From: Phoronis australis
Lineage: Eukaryota; Animalia; Phoronida
Length of the DNA stretch: 64,000 nt
NCBI GenBank assembly: GCA_002633005.1
Contig: NMRA01000078.1
Location: 443,868-507,867, forward strand
Direction of reading: 5' to 3'
Of this stretch, positions 40,201 to 52,600 are shown one piece after another (position 1 is the first letter of the stretch; each line of letters opens with the position of its first letter). The notes below the pieces were generated by a model that ran no database searches, was not told the origin of the DNA, and saw only the letters and a program-made list of their open reading frames with translations. The position numbers were made by a program, and so were the translations under genes.

Positions 40201-42394
40201 AATTCTGTAAAAGGATTAGGAAATTATATGTTGCTGAGAACCTAAGGATGTAATGAGCCATTCATAAATGTACAAAATTGAATTGTGATTTTTTGTTTTC
40301 TGCTCACGTACTCAGTAATTTCAATTTTCTAAAGATACCGAGAGCATAAAAATTGTATTTAAAGCTATCTTCAATGATGAGTAAGCCAACACCAAACCAA
40401 AAAAAAAAAACGAATACAGTAGTGGACATTCTGGGATGGGCTATTCATAATACCTAAAGGGTAATAAAACAATTATCTTCTCAGCCAGGCCATTGACCCT
40501 GTGTTAAGCTGTGTTTCCTTACTCAGGCCAGCTGGGACAATTGTAGGACCAAGAGCAGGGTTCACAAAGAACTACTTTCACTGACCTTGCATGTCAATTT
40601 CAAAAGGCTTATTGTGAGTGAATGCCATTGGTGATTTACAATCATCCACAAAATTCTAAGCCACTATGGGGAATAGTTACTTCCTCCAAGCCCAATGAGC
40701 CCCAATTGGTCCGTAATATAACCAGGTGAAATTGGAAATATACCATTAAACAAAGTCTATAGAATTGCTCTCATAACAAAACATTTTTCTCCATAGCATG
40801 TATGTGGCTTTAAAGGCTAGCTGCTTTACCTGTTAAATTGTTGTATGGAATCTCTACTTTCTGAAGATGTTCATACTCTTGTAGAAGAGATATATCAACT
40901 AGGCTGAACCCCTGAAACAAATTACGAATTCAAAGTGTTATTAAACACCCCACTCCAAGAGAATTATAAGAGAACTTAATAATATGAATTTAAGTACAAC
41001 AGGCAACACAATTATTCCAACAGTGTTTTTTTCCAAGTGCTCATAGCAATCTAGTCTATTGTTAAGCATCTTTGTATGGCAATAATCGGATATAACATGA
41101 CCACATTTTGAGAACCAGTTTGATGCCTGTTACTCAGTAGAGAAAACTGGTTCATAATGCAGGCATGTTATATCCAACCGCTACCTTTTGTCCAGGATCA
41201 CACATGGTAATACAAATAACACCAAATATCAACCACCGTGACATTTCCAAGAGTTACCATTGCTATTGTGGTAAGTGCTCTGTTTCATACCTAAGGATCG
41301 CTGTTCTTGGTATCGTCAGATGCTAGCTAGAAGCTGGCAATAATGGTTCTTGTAGTTATGAAGGTAGTGCTATGGCTAGGATTTCCAATGACTGGTCGGT
41401 AATAGTCGCATAGGTGGGCCCCTGAATTGAGCACCTGCTACTCCCACTGAATAATGCCCATTATTAAGTGAGAGTAGCTAGTTCTCAATCACCTTTAAAT
41501 AAGGGATGCACCCATTGGACTTATTTCCGACCAGTCTTGGAAAGCCTCATGACTGGGGAAGAAACTCAGCAGCTGTATTCATTTAATAAGTCAAACCAAG
41601 CAGCTGTATTCATCAAATGAGTCAAATATAAGCAACGACAACCTACAGGAGCAGTGAGGTTCAGGTAGATTTGTTGCGATCCATCAGCAGAGCGCCCCAG
41701 GTTAGACAGTCCCCGAGCTACGGTGTTCTCATCTAGAACTCCATCTGGTGACAGCTGGAAGAAATGATTAGATTATATAAAGAAACGTGTCGAGAATCCA
41801 GTTGAGAGCACGGGCAACAATTGAGGTAACACAGTGTTCATGTGAAATATCTCTTTGGACAACTGATTCAAAACAGGGAGTCAGATTTGATATGTTTCAA
41901 CAGGTTAGAGAACAAGAGTGTACCAGCCTGGATTGGTTCCACCAAACCAGGAATTATAAAACGTAAGTTTTCTACAAAACCTGCATGGGGCATGGGGGAA
42001 GATACTTTGTTTACAGTCACTTAATAGATGCTCACAAAAATACAAACTCATGATGTAGCAAGCCAGATTTATCTTGAAGATGGGCATCCCACTTTCTAAT
42101 TCTATAGGCTAAAGGCAACATGAATAAACCTGATATCCTAGAACATGAAAACTCGTGTATGTCCTGTAACAATAGAATTACCTCCGGCTCGGGATCATCA
42201 CTTTCGGGCTCACTTTCCACTTCGGGGACAGAATCTCGGCCGTCTACGAAGTCATTTACTAAGTTCCCTTCAGGATCTGGTTCCTCAATTTCAAAATCAC
42301 CAATCTCACTTTCCAAATTCAGCACATTCGTTTGAGATTTTGCTAAATGACCACTCATGCTGGCAGCGAATGGGTCTTCCACTCCAGGTTGCAT
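27800..42394 (-). CDS. LRGUK: Leucine-rich repeat and guanylate kinase domain-containing protein, 15 coding exons, ~811 aa
   Basis: Exons 42182-42394, 41647-41754, 40830-40911, 37329-37511, 36196-36320, 35330-35473, 34349-34516, 33637-33743, 32305-32424, 31866-31962, 31302-31415, 30632-30833, 29299-29543, 28586-28674 and 27800-28238 join in frame (2436 nt). LRRs, LRRcap (NPIQELPDYR...LTELD) and GK domain with P-loop GPQGSGK. Confidence 0.93.
28586..28674 (-). CDS. LRGUK: LRGUK exon 14 (EEASLLRRQSAAKEAVAG...)
   Basis: 89 nt, GT-AG, in phase. Confidence 0.85.
29299..29543 (-). CDS. LRGUK: LRGUK exon 13 (DDITEAYRRL...GRGIV)
   Basis: 245 nt, end of GK domain, donor gtaagt. Confidence 0.88.
29725..30291. 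mobile_element. PIF/Harbinger-type MITE in an LRGUK intron
   Basis: ~40-bp TIRs GGGCTGTTCCAGYAAAATCTGTRTGGGAGGGGGGAAGGCA; TTA target-site duplication on both sides. Confidence 0.9.
30632..30833 (-). CDS. LRGUK: LRGUK exon 12 (GALSLKNTHFEPRYIFV...HPGFFDMVI)
   Basis: 202 nt, GK domain. Confidence 0.93.
31115..31348. repeat. Minisatellite, 49-bp unit x~4.5, overlapping the 3' end and donor of LRGUK exon 11
   Basis: gcctggccac recurs at 31141, 31190, 31239, 31288 and 31337. Confidence 0.92.
31302..31415 (-). CDS. LRGUK: LRGUK exon 11 (GQFLLTYQYSGHWFGL...NMELE)
   Basis: 114 nt, GK domain. Confidence 0.9.
31866..31962 (-). CDS. LRGUK: LRGUK exon 10 (GK: STTR...KDYNF)
   Basis: 97 nt, GT-AG. Confidence 0.92.
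32305..32424 (-). CDS. LRGUK: LRGUK exon 9 (GK P-loop)
   Basis: TLPSVDTPYPMLVLVGPQGSGKK. Confidence 0.93.
33637..33743 (-). CDS. LRGUK: LRGUK exon 8 (VAAVNMYNP...RIRD)
   Basis: 107 nt, GT-AG. Confidence 0.9.
34349..34516 (-). CDS. LRGUK: LRGUK exon 7 (LRRcap)
   Basis: 168 nt, LNLMRNPIQELPDYR. Confidence 0.93.
35330..35473 (-). CDS. LRGUK: LRGUK exon 6 (LRRs)
   Basis: 144 nt, GT-AG. Confidence 0.92.
36196..36320 (-). CDS. LRGUK: LRGUK exon 5 (NKIKVIQGID...IKYLNL)
   Basis: 125 nt, LRRs, donor gtgag. Confidence 0.92.
36321..37328 (-). other. U12-type (minor spliceosome) GT-AG intron in LRGUK
   Basis: 5' site GTATCCTTTC; branch-like ATCCTTAGC ~10 nt before the acceptor; no polypyrimidine tract. 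Confidence 0.85.
37329..37511 (-). CDS. LRGUK: LRGUK exon 4 (LRRs)
   Basis: 183 nt; ends at the U12-type donor GTATCCTTT. Confidence 0.92.
39340..39509. mobile_element. Foldback MITE-like element (second copy 41378-41547)
   Basis: aggatttccaatgactggtcggtaatagtc is inverted against gacttatttccgaccagtcttggaaagcct. Confidence 0.65.
40830..40911 (-). CDS. LRGUK: LRGUK exon 3 (GFSLVDISLLQEYEHLQKVEIPYNNLT); identical copy at 38793-38874
   Basis: 82 nt, phase 0 to 1, LRR. Confidence 0.88.
41647..41754 (-). CDS. LRGUK: LRGUK exon 2 (LSPDGVLDENTVARGLSNLGRSADGSQQIYLNLTAP)
   Basis: GLSxLGRS motif of LRGUK/LRRC23; GT-AG. Confidence 0.92.
42182..42394 (-). CDS. LRGUK: LRGUK exon 1 (acidic N-terminus MQPGVEDP...DPEPE)
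   Basis: In-frame TAA upstream of the ATG; donor GAG|gtaatt. Confidence 0.75.
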
Positions 42395-45300
42395 TTTGCA
42401 AGGTATCCGCCATTAGCTTCAGGACTGTTTCCTGGGATACAAAAGTGGTTGCTGATTGGTCAACATTTCCTTGGTTACTCTCAGACCCAGAAAATAATTA
42501 GTTTTGTCCACTGAATGCTTGTATTTAAAAACCCAGATGGATTTGAGATGTTTTATTCACTAATTCATAGTTTAAATTATCACAGGGAAGTAAATGCGAG
42601 GTTAATTACTTACACTTCTGCAAGAGAACGACTCTTCGTGCTTCCAAACAGGTGGCGCTGTCGTAGACCAAGTTCGCTCGGTCTGCTACTAGCAAGCTCA
42701 AACCCGGCGAAGGGAACTGCTCATACACCCGAAAGTCTGAACTCATTGTTGGTCTCCCAGTCATGTCTGCACTTAACTCATTTTCGAAGTGATGGGCTAA
42801 GTCGATTAGAGGCACACATCGATCAGTCTTCTTGGGCCGTCTCTATATCATTCCATAAAAATGTGAACACATGGTATTACAAGGCCCTAACTTGAAGGCA
42901 AGCTACATTGGCATGGGGCCGGGGAAAGTCGATAAAATAAAGACTGCGAAATACGAAGAGAACAATATTTAACAACTGCAACAGTGCATGATTTACGTTT
43001 TGAGGACCCTGGCCATGACGTTAAAATCTCCGCTTTTGCAGCACAAGTCGTGCACGAAATCAATCATACATATATTTCAAAAAATCGAGAAAATTTGTAA
43101 AGCGATGCTTTTGCGGAACGTACTAATTTACTGGACTTTAAATTCAATAAATAAAGTTTGCCAATGGAAAACTATATTTTTCAAGATGCTCCTCTCTGTC
43201 AAGGGATAACAGAGATAACTTTTGCTTGATATTTTCTCGAAACTGTATGTTACTTGAGAGACATTGATGACCTGACTCTAAGGTAACATCAATTGATGTT
43301 CATTTCTTGATATTTGAAAATATAGATATTTTCATATGTAGAGTCCCCGCCCTCAGGAGGCCATTGACGACATTTAAGGGGCCACATTTATTGTGTTTTT
43401 GTTGATAGGATTAAGGGGCCGCTCACGGTGAGAGGGTCCAATGTTGGAATGGATTATTTCCCTGTTTTTTGTGAAATCGTCAACCGGCTTTCATGTTGAA
43501 GGAGCTCACTCCCTGCATCGTTTTGGGACCACACGACGGTGGAATGCACTCTTTTTTCCAAGATCAATGATGTTTAGCCTTTCTTCTTAAGGTGTCCTAT
43601 TTCAGACAGTACCCTCTCTCGGTGGAGTAGTTCGGGGGAACTTGAGATTGCAAATTCATCAAAAAACACAAAATATTTGTTCGTGCACAGCACAGCCATT
43701 CGACCCAAACAACCAAAAATGTGAAAAATACAATAGGATTGCCGCAATCGAAAGCGTAGAATTTTGAAGAACGTGAAGACCACTATTGTGAATCACACAA
43801 AAGGACCATTTCCGATGGTCAGTTATAAAATGTTTAGTTACTGTTTCCCGTAGTATCACAAGAATAATATCTCTTTTGAATATGGTTACTAAAAGTTGTT
43901 TGGAAGGAATTCCCACATGTGGTAAACACCGTGACTGCTGTCTAAGCTACTATTTGTGATGACCATGTGCATGCATCATGTCGGGGGTATCATAGAACTC
44001 TCCCAATGATAAGCAAAGATTTCAGCGTTTTTTTTCCAGTGGAGTTCACGTTGAATCCGGCGTTATAGGTACCTCTGAAATGAGCAAAAATACATCTTAT
44101 TGCGAATGTCCCATCTCCCATATTCCCCCGATTACCGGCCAAGAATCTGCAAGCATGCATGCGGAAATTGCTTATAACATTCCGTTTTGCGGATAAACAA
44201 GTTCGTTGGTTTCTGATTTACTTGTTGACGTATCTACGAAAATCGAAAGATTCATGAATGATTTTTGACAATTAAAAGCTAGTATTGGAAGTTAGAATGA
44301 ATGTTGTTTCAGTGAATTTAATTGCAGCCTGAAGTTGGAAAAACTCTATAATCCGATCCCCAAATAGTAAAGTACACTTAAACGATTTTTGCATATCTAA
44401 AATAAATCTCAAAGACATTGATGAAATTCGGAAAAAAACGTTTCAAAAATGGCGAAGTCTAAATGGTCTGTGCCCCTCAATAATTTTTGCCTTCCTACGG
44501 GTCTGTATTACCAAGTTTGATTTTGTGGGGGTCTGAAGAACTTATTTTTGAATTTACACCCCGGGGGAGCGGCTCAGTTCAGAGTCAAAGTTACGAATTT
44601 AACATTGATTAATATACAGACTGAGGCAGAAACTGGCCTTCTTCGATTCCTTTCATTAAAATATGCAACATTTCATTAGTACTAAAAACAACTCAAGAGA
44701 CTGAGGAAAAGCAAACAAGTAAATCGTTTTTTTTTCAGTTTTATACTAACCCCTTCTCCAGAAATGTTCTTATTGTTTTCAAAACTTTCTATTGATCATC
44801 AATAAACCGTAACAGCTCGCCATCGTCTCATTTGATTTGTTTTTGCTGAGATTAGCTAACTGAGCAGGCCTGTTGCCAGGATTCCACGTGATGGGAGTTG
44901 TTCGAATTTGTAATACAGTGGACATTTTGGTGATATTTCGCAAAAATTTGGGTCCACCTCGTAGGAGCATGATGCGATACATTAAAAAACGCATTAAGAG
45001 GCAAATTTACAGCTCAACTTTCAATACCCGATACTAATTTGCGCATTGAAACGACGCAGTTGTTGTATGACGACGGTCAGGTGCATTGTTCAACAGTAAC
45101 AACGTAGCGCGTGATAATGCGACTTCATTCAGTGAGTATAACTTTTATGCAGGCTCAGGTCGAAACGCTTCAAAATTTCATCTTTCCGGGATTTATCATC
45201 TCAAAACGCTGTCAATAACTATCTCTTTGTTGTAGTCTCAAACATCTAAATGGTTTGTTAGATCGAGTTGTAGTGAACATCCGTCAGCGCCAGTGCGACT

Positions 45301-46566
45301 CCGCTTTCACTTGCTCGCACGCAAGTGTAACCTTTCCCCCTGGCCACGATCCTTCAAGTATTCTGCATAATCTCATTTTCCCAGCAAAAAGTAAAGTTAC
45401 TTAGATAAAAGTGGAGCGAACTGAAATTGAAAGATGGGCTCCTATTCGATGTTCTATAGTCAGCAACCATTCAAATATGCTGAGCAGTGATACTTTTTGA
45501 TAGGATGGAGAGTTTTTAATGATGAGATTTATGACAATGTCGCAGTTTGCGGGAATAAAATTCGTTTTTTTCACAAGAAAAGTTTCGACAAGTGAAAAAC
45601 CGCAATTAGGGCTAATAAAAAACACACAAATGTTAAAAAAATATTCTGTGATAACTATGAGTTCCACTGCATGTTATAAATTTGAAATCTTTTTGAGTGA
45701 GCCGTATGGGTTCATGAGCGCTGCACCGATAGCCAGGGAACTTTATCGTTCAGTCATGACGGCCAAGTTCATAAATTCACTGTTTTGAGGGCAATGAAAT
45801 GCGATGGAAAGTAGTATAAAGTGAAGTTATCGGCGACAAAAGTCATTTTTGAGATCAGACCAGCTGAGTGTAAACTCATCGGATTAAAGCTACAACCTCT
45901 GCAATGAACTTTTTCATCGATCTGCTGATGTCCGGTTCGGGCGACACATTGACAAATTGCAGTTCTGTTATTTTATAGCAAACTTTTAAACATTTACAAG
46001 TCTATCCCATTCAACGAGATCAACGGTAACAACCCTAAAATACGTGAACAGTCCTGGCAACGATTCGCGGCTGACTATAGTCATCTTGGTGTATTTCTGT
46101 AGAAAGGATTAAAAACTTGTAGCTCATTTATACTTGAATTGGGCTATTCCCAGGTTTTTTATTCATTGATCATCGGTCAATGGTTCCTTGTTCACTTTGC
46201 CGAGCTCCCGGCGGCGATCGAGTGGTTCTTTCCCGTTGTATAATAGATAAATTAGGTGGAATGAGTAGAGTTATCTTCCACATATTTCCGAATCATATCA
46301 GGTCATTTTTTTCCATTGTTTGTGATTTTCCGTTTGAACTTGTTAAACATGCTCGAATTCCCCGCCAGTGGACTGATAGTCTTGTCAGGTGTGAGCAGGT
46401 GCCCGAGAAATCTTCGGTTTGTGTTTTGAAACGATCCGCAAGACGTCGCTGAGAACAATCTCTAGAAAAGGAGGCGTGAAATTCTGTTCACAACATCAAA
46501 GACAAAAGCCAAGGGGGAACAAATGTGAAAATTTTATTGTAATTTAGGTCTTCAGCTGACTCTAGT

Positions 46567-46615
46567 ATGCCTGGATGGAAACTAGACTGCTTCAGACTAT
46601 CAAACAGTAGAAAAG
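46567..46615 (+). CDS. GRIP1: GRIP candidate first coding exon A (MPGWKLDCFRLSNSRK)
   Basis: Resembles the GRIP1b N-terminus; acceptor tttag at 46547; phase-1 donor AAG|gtaca. Confidence 0.72.
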
Positions 46616-49600
46616 GTACATTTTTATTGTCATTCGTGAAATTTTGGGGTATTAAATTCTCCATTCACTGCTTCGGGTACAGGACAGTTCGAGTTAGCCT
46701 ACCAGCTACCTGTCCTACGTCAACGTATTACATATTAGTAGACTGTGTAGTCGTACCCATGTCAATTTTACTGTGTTTTGTTTTGTAAAGCAGATTTGAA
46801 GCAAAGCAGTTGTCATATGTATGTAAAACGGATCCATGTTGGTTTAAATGAAAATAAGATGTAAGACATTCAGCCAACAATGCAACAGTGAAGAGTGAGA
46901 TTCCTCCAGTCCAGACATGGCCTTTGGGCGAAAGCAGAGTGTGAATTAATATTGATAGCAATGGTACTGATTTCTTTATTTGTTTATTACAATTTATATT
47001 CAGTCCATTTTGGAGACAGTGCAGTGTTCCATAGGACATCGGCAAACGTAAATCAAAAGGCAGCATGGATTTTGTTTAGGAAGCTTGAACTTGAAATTTG
47101 AGTTTGGAGAATTTCCTGCCAGTAATATACGGATATGTGATTCAGTTATTGTTTACAGTCTGACTCTATTAATGCACATATTTAATACTACTATTTTCTG
47201 AATCCTCTCGCTATGGTGATCATGGTGATTCCAAAAATGTATTATTCGTACCGATTAGGCTCTTCTTATTCATACATTCACTGTACGAGGTGTTCATTTG
47301 CTAGTAAGCAAATCTGTGTTGCAAATGAATAATGCCGTGGAAAAACTGAATTTATGAATAAGAAAGGACCAATCAGTACCCTCCATAACTCCAAAACTAA
47401 TCAGCAGAAATTAAAAAAGATAATCCATTCCATTTGTCTCTAGATCTTCAATACTAGTAGTCATGCAGATATTACCAGATTTCAGGTCCCGATATCACGT
47501 TTTTTTGATATCTGGACTTAAATAAAGGTACCCTTCGGTCGGTCGGCTGCCACCAATTTCTGACTGTGCACATATCAACTACTGATCACATAGGTCGCTG
47601 TGATTTGGGTGTTGATAAAATGTGCAAGTATTGACTCGAGGTCTTCTGTGCATAGCTTTGGTGCAAAGCTATGTACTTAATGTACACCTTTGCACCGATG
47701 TGGGTGAACAACTAGACAAATAAAATCTGACATAATATTGATGTCATTAAAATTTACACTTCACCTTGAGTAAACAAGATTATTTACAGGTGTTATAAAA
47801 ATAGACGTTTTGGCGTAAGTCTCCTGCTGAAGTTGTGGAGCTATCTTATGCATTGGCTTTTAGCGCCATGAAACAAAGTGTCACCAGTTTCTTCTTATGC
47901 TGACTTTTCAATAAACTGTTCTTTTTCCATGAGGTTGTGTACATGTCACAACAAATTTTTGGAACTTGCTTTTCGATTTTGTTTTTATTATTTTAATACT
48001 GGCAAACCAAATTTCAGAACAATGTTTGATGCTGCGAAGCTGCCATCATCTCCAGAGAGATGTCGCAAATAATTAAGGAAATGGCGTTTGTGCATGCCAC
48101 GAGTGAAAATGATGATAGATTTTTCTTTGCTAGAAAAGGCGGAAAATTACGCTAGAAAATGACGTTAATTAGATTGTTTTTCACTTAAACGGTAAAACGG
48201 GCAACGTAAGTGTCGGTCGACTCCCAGATTTTGTATGGACACCCGCTGGTCGTTAGCCCTGCATGTTGATATTTTATTTAAGTTTCACGATGAGGTGACC
48301 AGCAGAACTACCAGGGCTGTGTGAAAATTCAAGGTTTATTGGAGCCTAAGCACTAGGTGTATTTTAACCTATAGTCTTCACACAGATTGCTGGGTGGTTA
48401 TGTCCCCTGTGGCCGGCTGTATGTGTTAAAGTGAACAATCCTGAGAGGTACTCAACCAGGTTCCTTAAATTTTAAATGCATTATTTTGTACACTCCTCCG
48501 TTTACTCACTAATGTCACTTATTTTCTATCATTTGGTCTTTATCACACATATCTCTTTTACTTGTGAAATTTCCCAATAGATAATTTATCAGCCATTAGA
48601 ACAATGGGAACAAAAGAAGTTCTTCAATGAGAATGCATGACAAAGTTCTCATTCATTTTCAACAATACTTAGAATTCAAAGTATAATTTATTCTCGTTAC
48701 GTATCAGAGTTAAAACTTGATATAGCAAAGAAGATAACATAGCGGTAGAAAGGACGATCAGTGTTTGCATGTTATGTCCTCAAATGTGCTGGAAATTTAA
48801 GAAACATATTTGATCAGCCACTGGTGTCCTTGTTGCGAAACTAAATTCCGCTCGTTATGCGATGATCACTTTAATATGCAAAAATTTGCTCAAAAGAATG
48901 GTATGCTATTTGTTCATCCAGATGTTGCATTATGGTAATGTGCCTACATGGTAATTTCGTGCATGATAATATCGCAACTTTGGCAACGGGCTTTTTATGA
49001 AAACATCTGTTTTTCTTGCTTGTGAGAAAAGATTAATATTTCTGAGAGAATAGAATTTAAGTAGAGAAAAATTAGTGTCCGTGATAAGAGAATACATTAG
49101 ATGAGAACAATGAGCTCCACTTAGTACCATTAATGGTATGTCTTTAATATATCAATTTCTAATGTTGCATTCTATTTCACCAAGGGTGTCAACAAAAACC
49201 ACTTTCTCCATTTTGTAAAAGCCACTAAGTAGAACATTTACCATAATTTTCCAGGTAATCGACCACCACCGACTTTTTCCAAATTTTGATGTAAGCGCCC
49301 ACTGTTCGGTTAATCGTCCATCCCTCACTTTGCGCAAATTTCCGCTGCTCAGGTATTCGCTTACCCCCTTGTCACAGGGTTTCCCAAATTTAAGTAACTA
49401 TGAGTTTACGGTACACAAGGACCTCAGGATCCTGCCATTGTCTTCAGTACAAACCAAGTTGACTATTCTGCATGCCCGTCTTACCCTAGCAGTTCAACAT
49501 GGCCATAAACCCGTGGTATGTTCCAAGAAAACTGACTAGCTAAGACAAATCTTAAAATTAACTCAATTTTAAGATAAGACTTCTAAGCCCATTTCAAGAA

Positions 49601-52600
49601 AATGAGCTTTATGAAGTTTAACTTAAGTTTTTGATTTAAAATTTGTCTTAAGTTTGACTAACTTACGGCATGTGAAAGATTCAAAGTTTGGAAGTCGACA
49701 CAAATCTTTGACTTAACTCTAAATGAACTTAAGTCTGTTTCTTGGAATGTGTGCCCTTTGATTTAGACCGCCTCATGTTATGGTCTTGAATTATTGTTCA
49801 TTCTGTCAGTTTTGAGGTGATTTTGGGGCTTAGAAAGAACTGACAATTAGCTGGTTATGGTGCCATTTTATGCATTGAGCATGGAAAGAAACTGTTAGTT
49901 ATTTGCAAACGCACATATCACTTCTCATTAAGAACAAGTTGAGACCAACTTCATAGCGGTGAGTGGTCTAGCTGGGTTATAACTGATGAACACTTGAAAT
50001 TGGAGGTTCTAGCCCACCAACTGCAGTTGAATCAGATCATAAGCCCGTAAAATCCTTCCTATGAGCCCTTTGACCAGAGCACGTCCTTATATTCGAATGT
50101 AAGGCCATGGGCTTGTATAAGGAATGCTGCATTGTATTGACGTATACGCCCATGGCTTGTGTGTAGGATTCATGGTTTGTACTGCACAAGGCGTTGGATT
50201 ACTTTAAGTTACACACATACATGAACTGCATTAGCGTTATAGCACCATTCTCTTCTGGCTTAAAGTAATGTAGGTCCTTAGAAAAATGTCCAAATTTGGT
50301 TAACTTTGGAACATCATATCTCAAAAATGTCTGATAAGATTCACACGAAACTTTAAGATACTGTGCTTTATACCACAATATTAGCCTCGAATGTCAGATA
50401 CAACCGTGTAATAACCCATAAAGTTTTTCTCACTAGTGAGATAACATTTTGGCGGGAAACCGAGGCCGGATTCGAACCCGGGCCTGAAGAGTTTCGAGTC
50501 GCCGACTTTACCACTACACCACTCAGCGGCTGACATCATTGAACGTGAAAATAGAATATTTACTTAAATGAGCACGCGCAACAATCCCATGTTCAGCAAA
50601 GGGCATTGCACCGACATTGAAAAATGAAACGCATAATTTCCATAAAAACGATATTTTAATTCAGTGAAATTTTTCTCTCGTGTTCTCTCACTTCTAAATC
50701 ACTGATCTCCAATTTGAATGCGGGTATCATGTCGTCGGGATCCTTTGACTTGAGCATTATAGTCAGTTACTAGTGGTAACCTACTTTAATTGACAGACGA
50801 TATTTTCCCGGTCGAAGTTTAGCGTGATAAAATGTGTAGTAAGCTATAATAGTTGCTAAACAGTAATTTATAGATTCACTTTATTTCTATTTTGTTTTAT
50901 TTTTCAATTGGTTTTGAGTAAAAGCATTATTTGACAAAAATAACTCGGCTTTTCTTAAAAGGTCATGACCTCCGACCCCAGGCATCTGAAATCAAAAGTA
51001 GTTACAAAGCCAAGGCGAGTCGAGAAAGGTAGATCGATTCATTGCAATGTTTCTCGTTCAGTATGTGGTATAAACAGATTATTACATGTTCTCAGTCATT
51101 ATCCCCCTTATCTAGAGCCCTCGTGGATTTCGTAGAATTCTCCAAAATTCACTCGGGCTCTAGATAACAACTTTGCCAGGTAATAATCTATATTTATGCA
51201 ATGTTCTCCAATTTTTCACGAGGGCTATTAAAAATAAGATTTTTGATTTTATTTTCTTAAAGAAACTAACATTGCATAAAACAAAACAAAATTATGATTT
51301 GAGATAATGGCTGTTAATGTCTCTTTAAGCAGCTATGCACTTGAGGGCATCTTGGCAGTCTCTTCGTTGGGGCTCTGAGTGTTAGTTGTCATATCATAAT
51401 TCTATATACTACTTTTAAGTTTTAAAAAACAAGGTGGAAAACAAGTAAAATTTACAATGTTTCAACAGCTTGCTGTCGTCTTTTGGAATTCTGTTATATT
51501 TTTAATGGTACCAACTTTTATCTTCCTTGTTCTTTTTCTTTAGGAGGTGAGAAAGAGCATGATGTCTTTCCGGCTAAACAGCACATACCTGGTGAGTTAC
51601 ACGCGTGCAGTGTGTTCATTACCTGTTGCTAGTTGTTGAAATTAAATATGAGAAAAGAGACATGGTGGAAATGTATGTTTGACTTTTCTTCTGGGTGTGA
51701 TTTGTTTAATTTGTTGTGACATGTCGTGTTTTGCATTCACTGAAAGAGTGGACAGCTGTAAGGGTTCAATCAAAGACCATTTTGTCGTACACGTTATCAC
51801 AGTCCTTCAATTCGTTCAGTGTTCATTTCCACCTCTGCACCACTCTGCACTTAAGACAGTTGAAACAAGATGGCCAAGCATCACTTAAGATTGTTGCCAG
51901 TCACCGTAGACGTGCATCGACTAATCAAAGCTGTTGTCTGTTCATAATGTCATGCGGCGCAAGGGTTGCCATTTTGTGAAACGTGTTAGTGAGTTGTCGC
52001 TTTGGTTTGAAGAAGTTTGTCCATCATGTCTGTAACCTTGGTCCTACTCCTTGTATACTGGGAATTTCCGCAGATAATCCCTCACCCATGGACATTTATT
52101 CAGAAAATGTCCTCTTAAAAGGCCACTCATCTCTAATGTGCTTACAACAGTGCTTCTAAGGACTACCAGTCTGATTCACTTTCAAAAATACATAATTATC
52201 TTGTTTTATGCTGACATTTTCATAGCCATAATTATATACCGTAATCGTTCGGGTTAACACCCTGGGCGGTTAAATTGGCGAATCCAAAAATCGGGGGAGG
52301 GCGGTTAACTGAGCAGTGGGCGGTTAAATCGAAAATCCACCTAAAGTAGGGGATGGGCGGTTAACCGAACATGGGCGCTTATTATGACAGACAACCGCCC
52401 TGGGCGGTTAATCTTACCTGGCGATCTAAATCCCGACCCAACAATCATACTCGGAACGCGTAGTCCTTTTCAAAGAGCTTTATCGTCAGGTCGCCAAATG
52501 ACTGTGAAAACGTCATAACAGCGGATGATCCCAACAAAGGTTCTCTTGCCCTGAGATTAGTCATTCACTATTAAATTTACAAAATTGCTGAGTAAATAGC

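Larger units (their letters stand above)
37641..41636. other. Apparent ~2-kb tandem duplication (37641-39598 / 39600-41636) around a single N; probable haplotype-overlap artefact duplicating LRGUK exon 3
   Basis: Copies differ by SNPs/indels and join at n39599. Splicing both 82-nt exon copies would frameshift. Confidence 0.85.

Noticed and set aside
43375-44480. Possible decayed DNA transposon between LRGUK and GRIP
   Set aside because: Only weak terminal similarity and no recognisable transposase motif; cannot be supported
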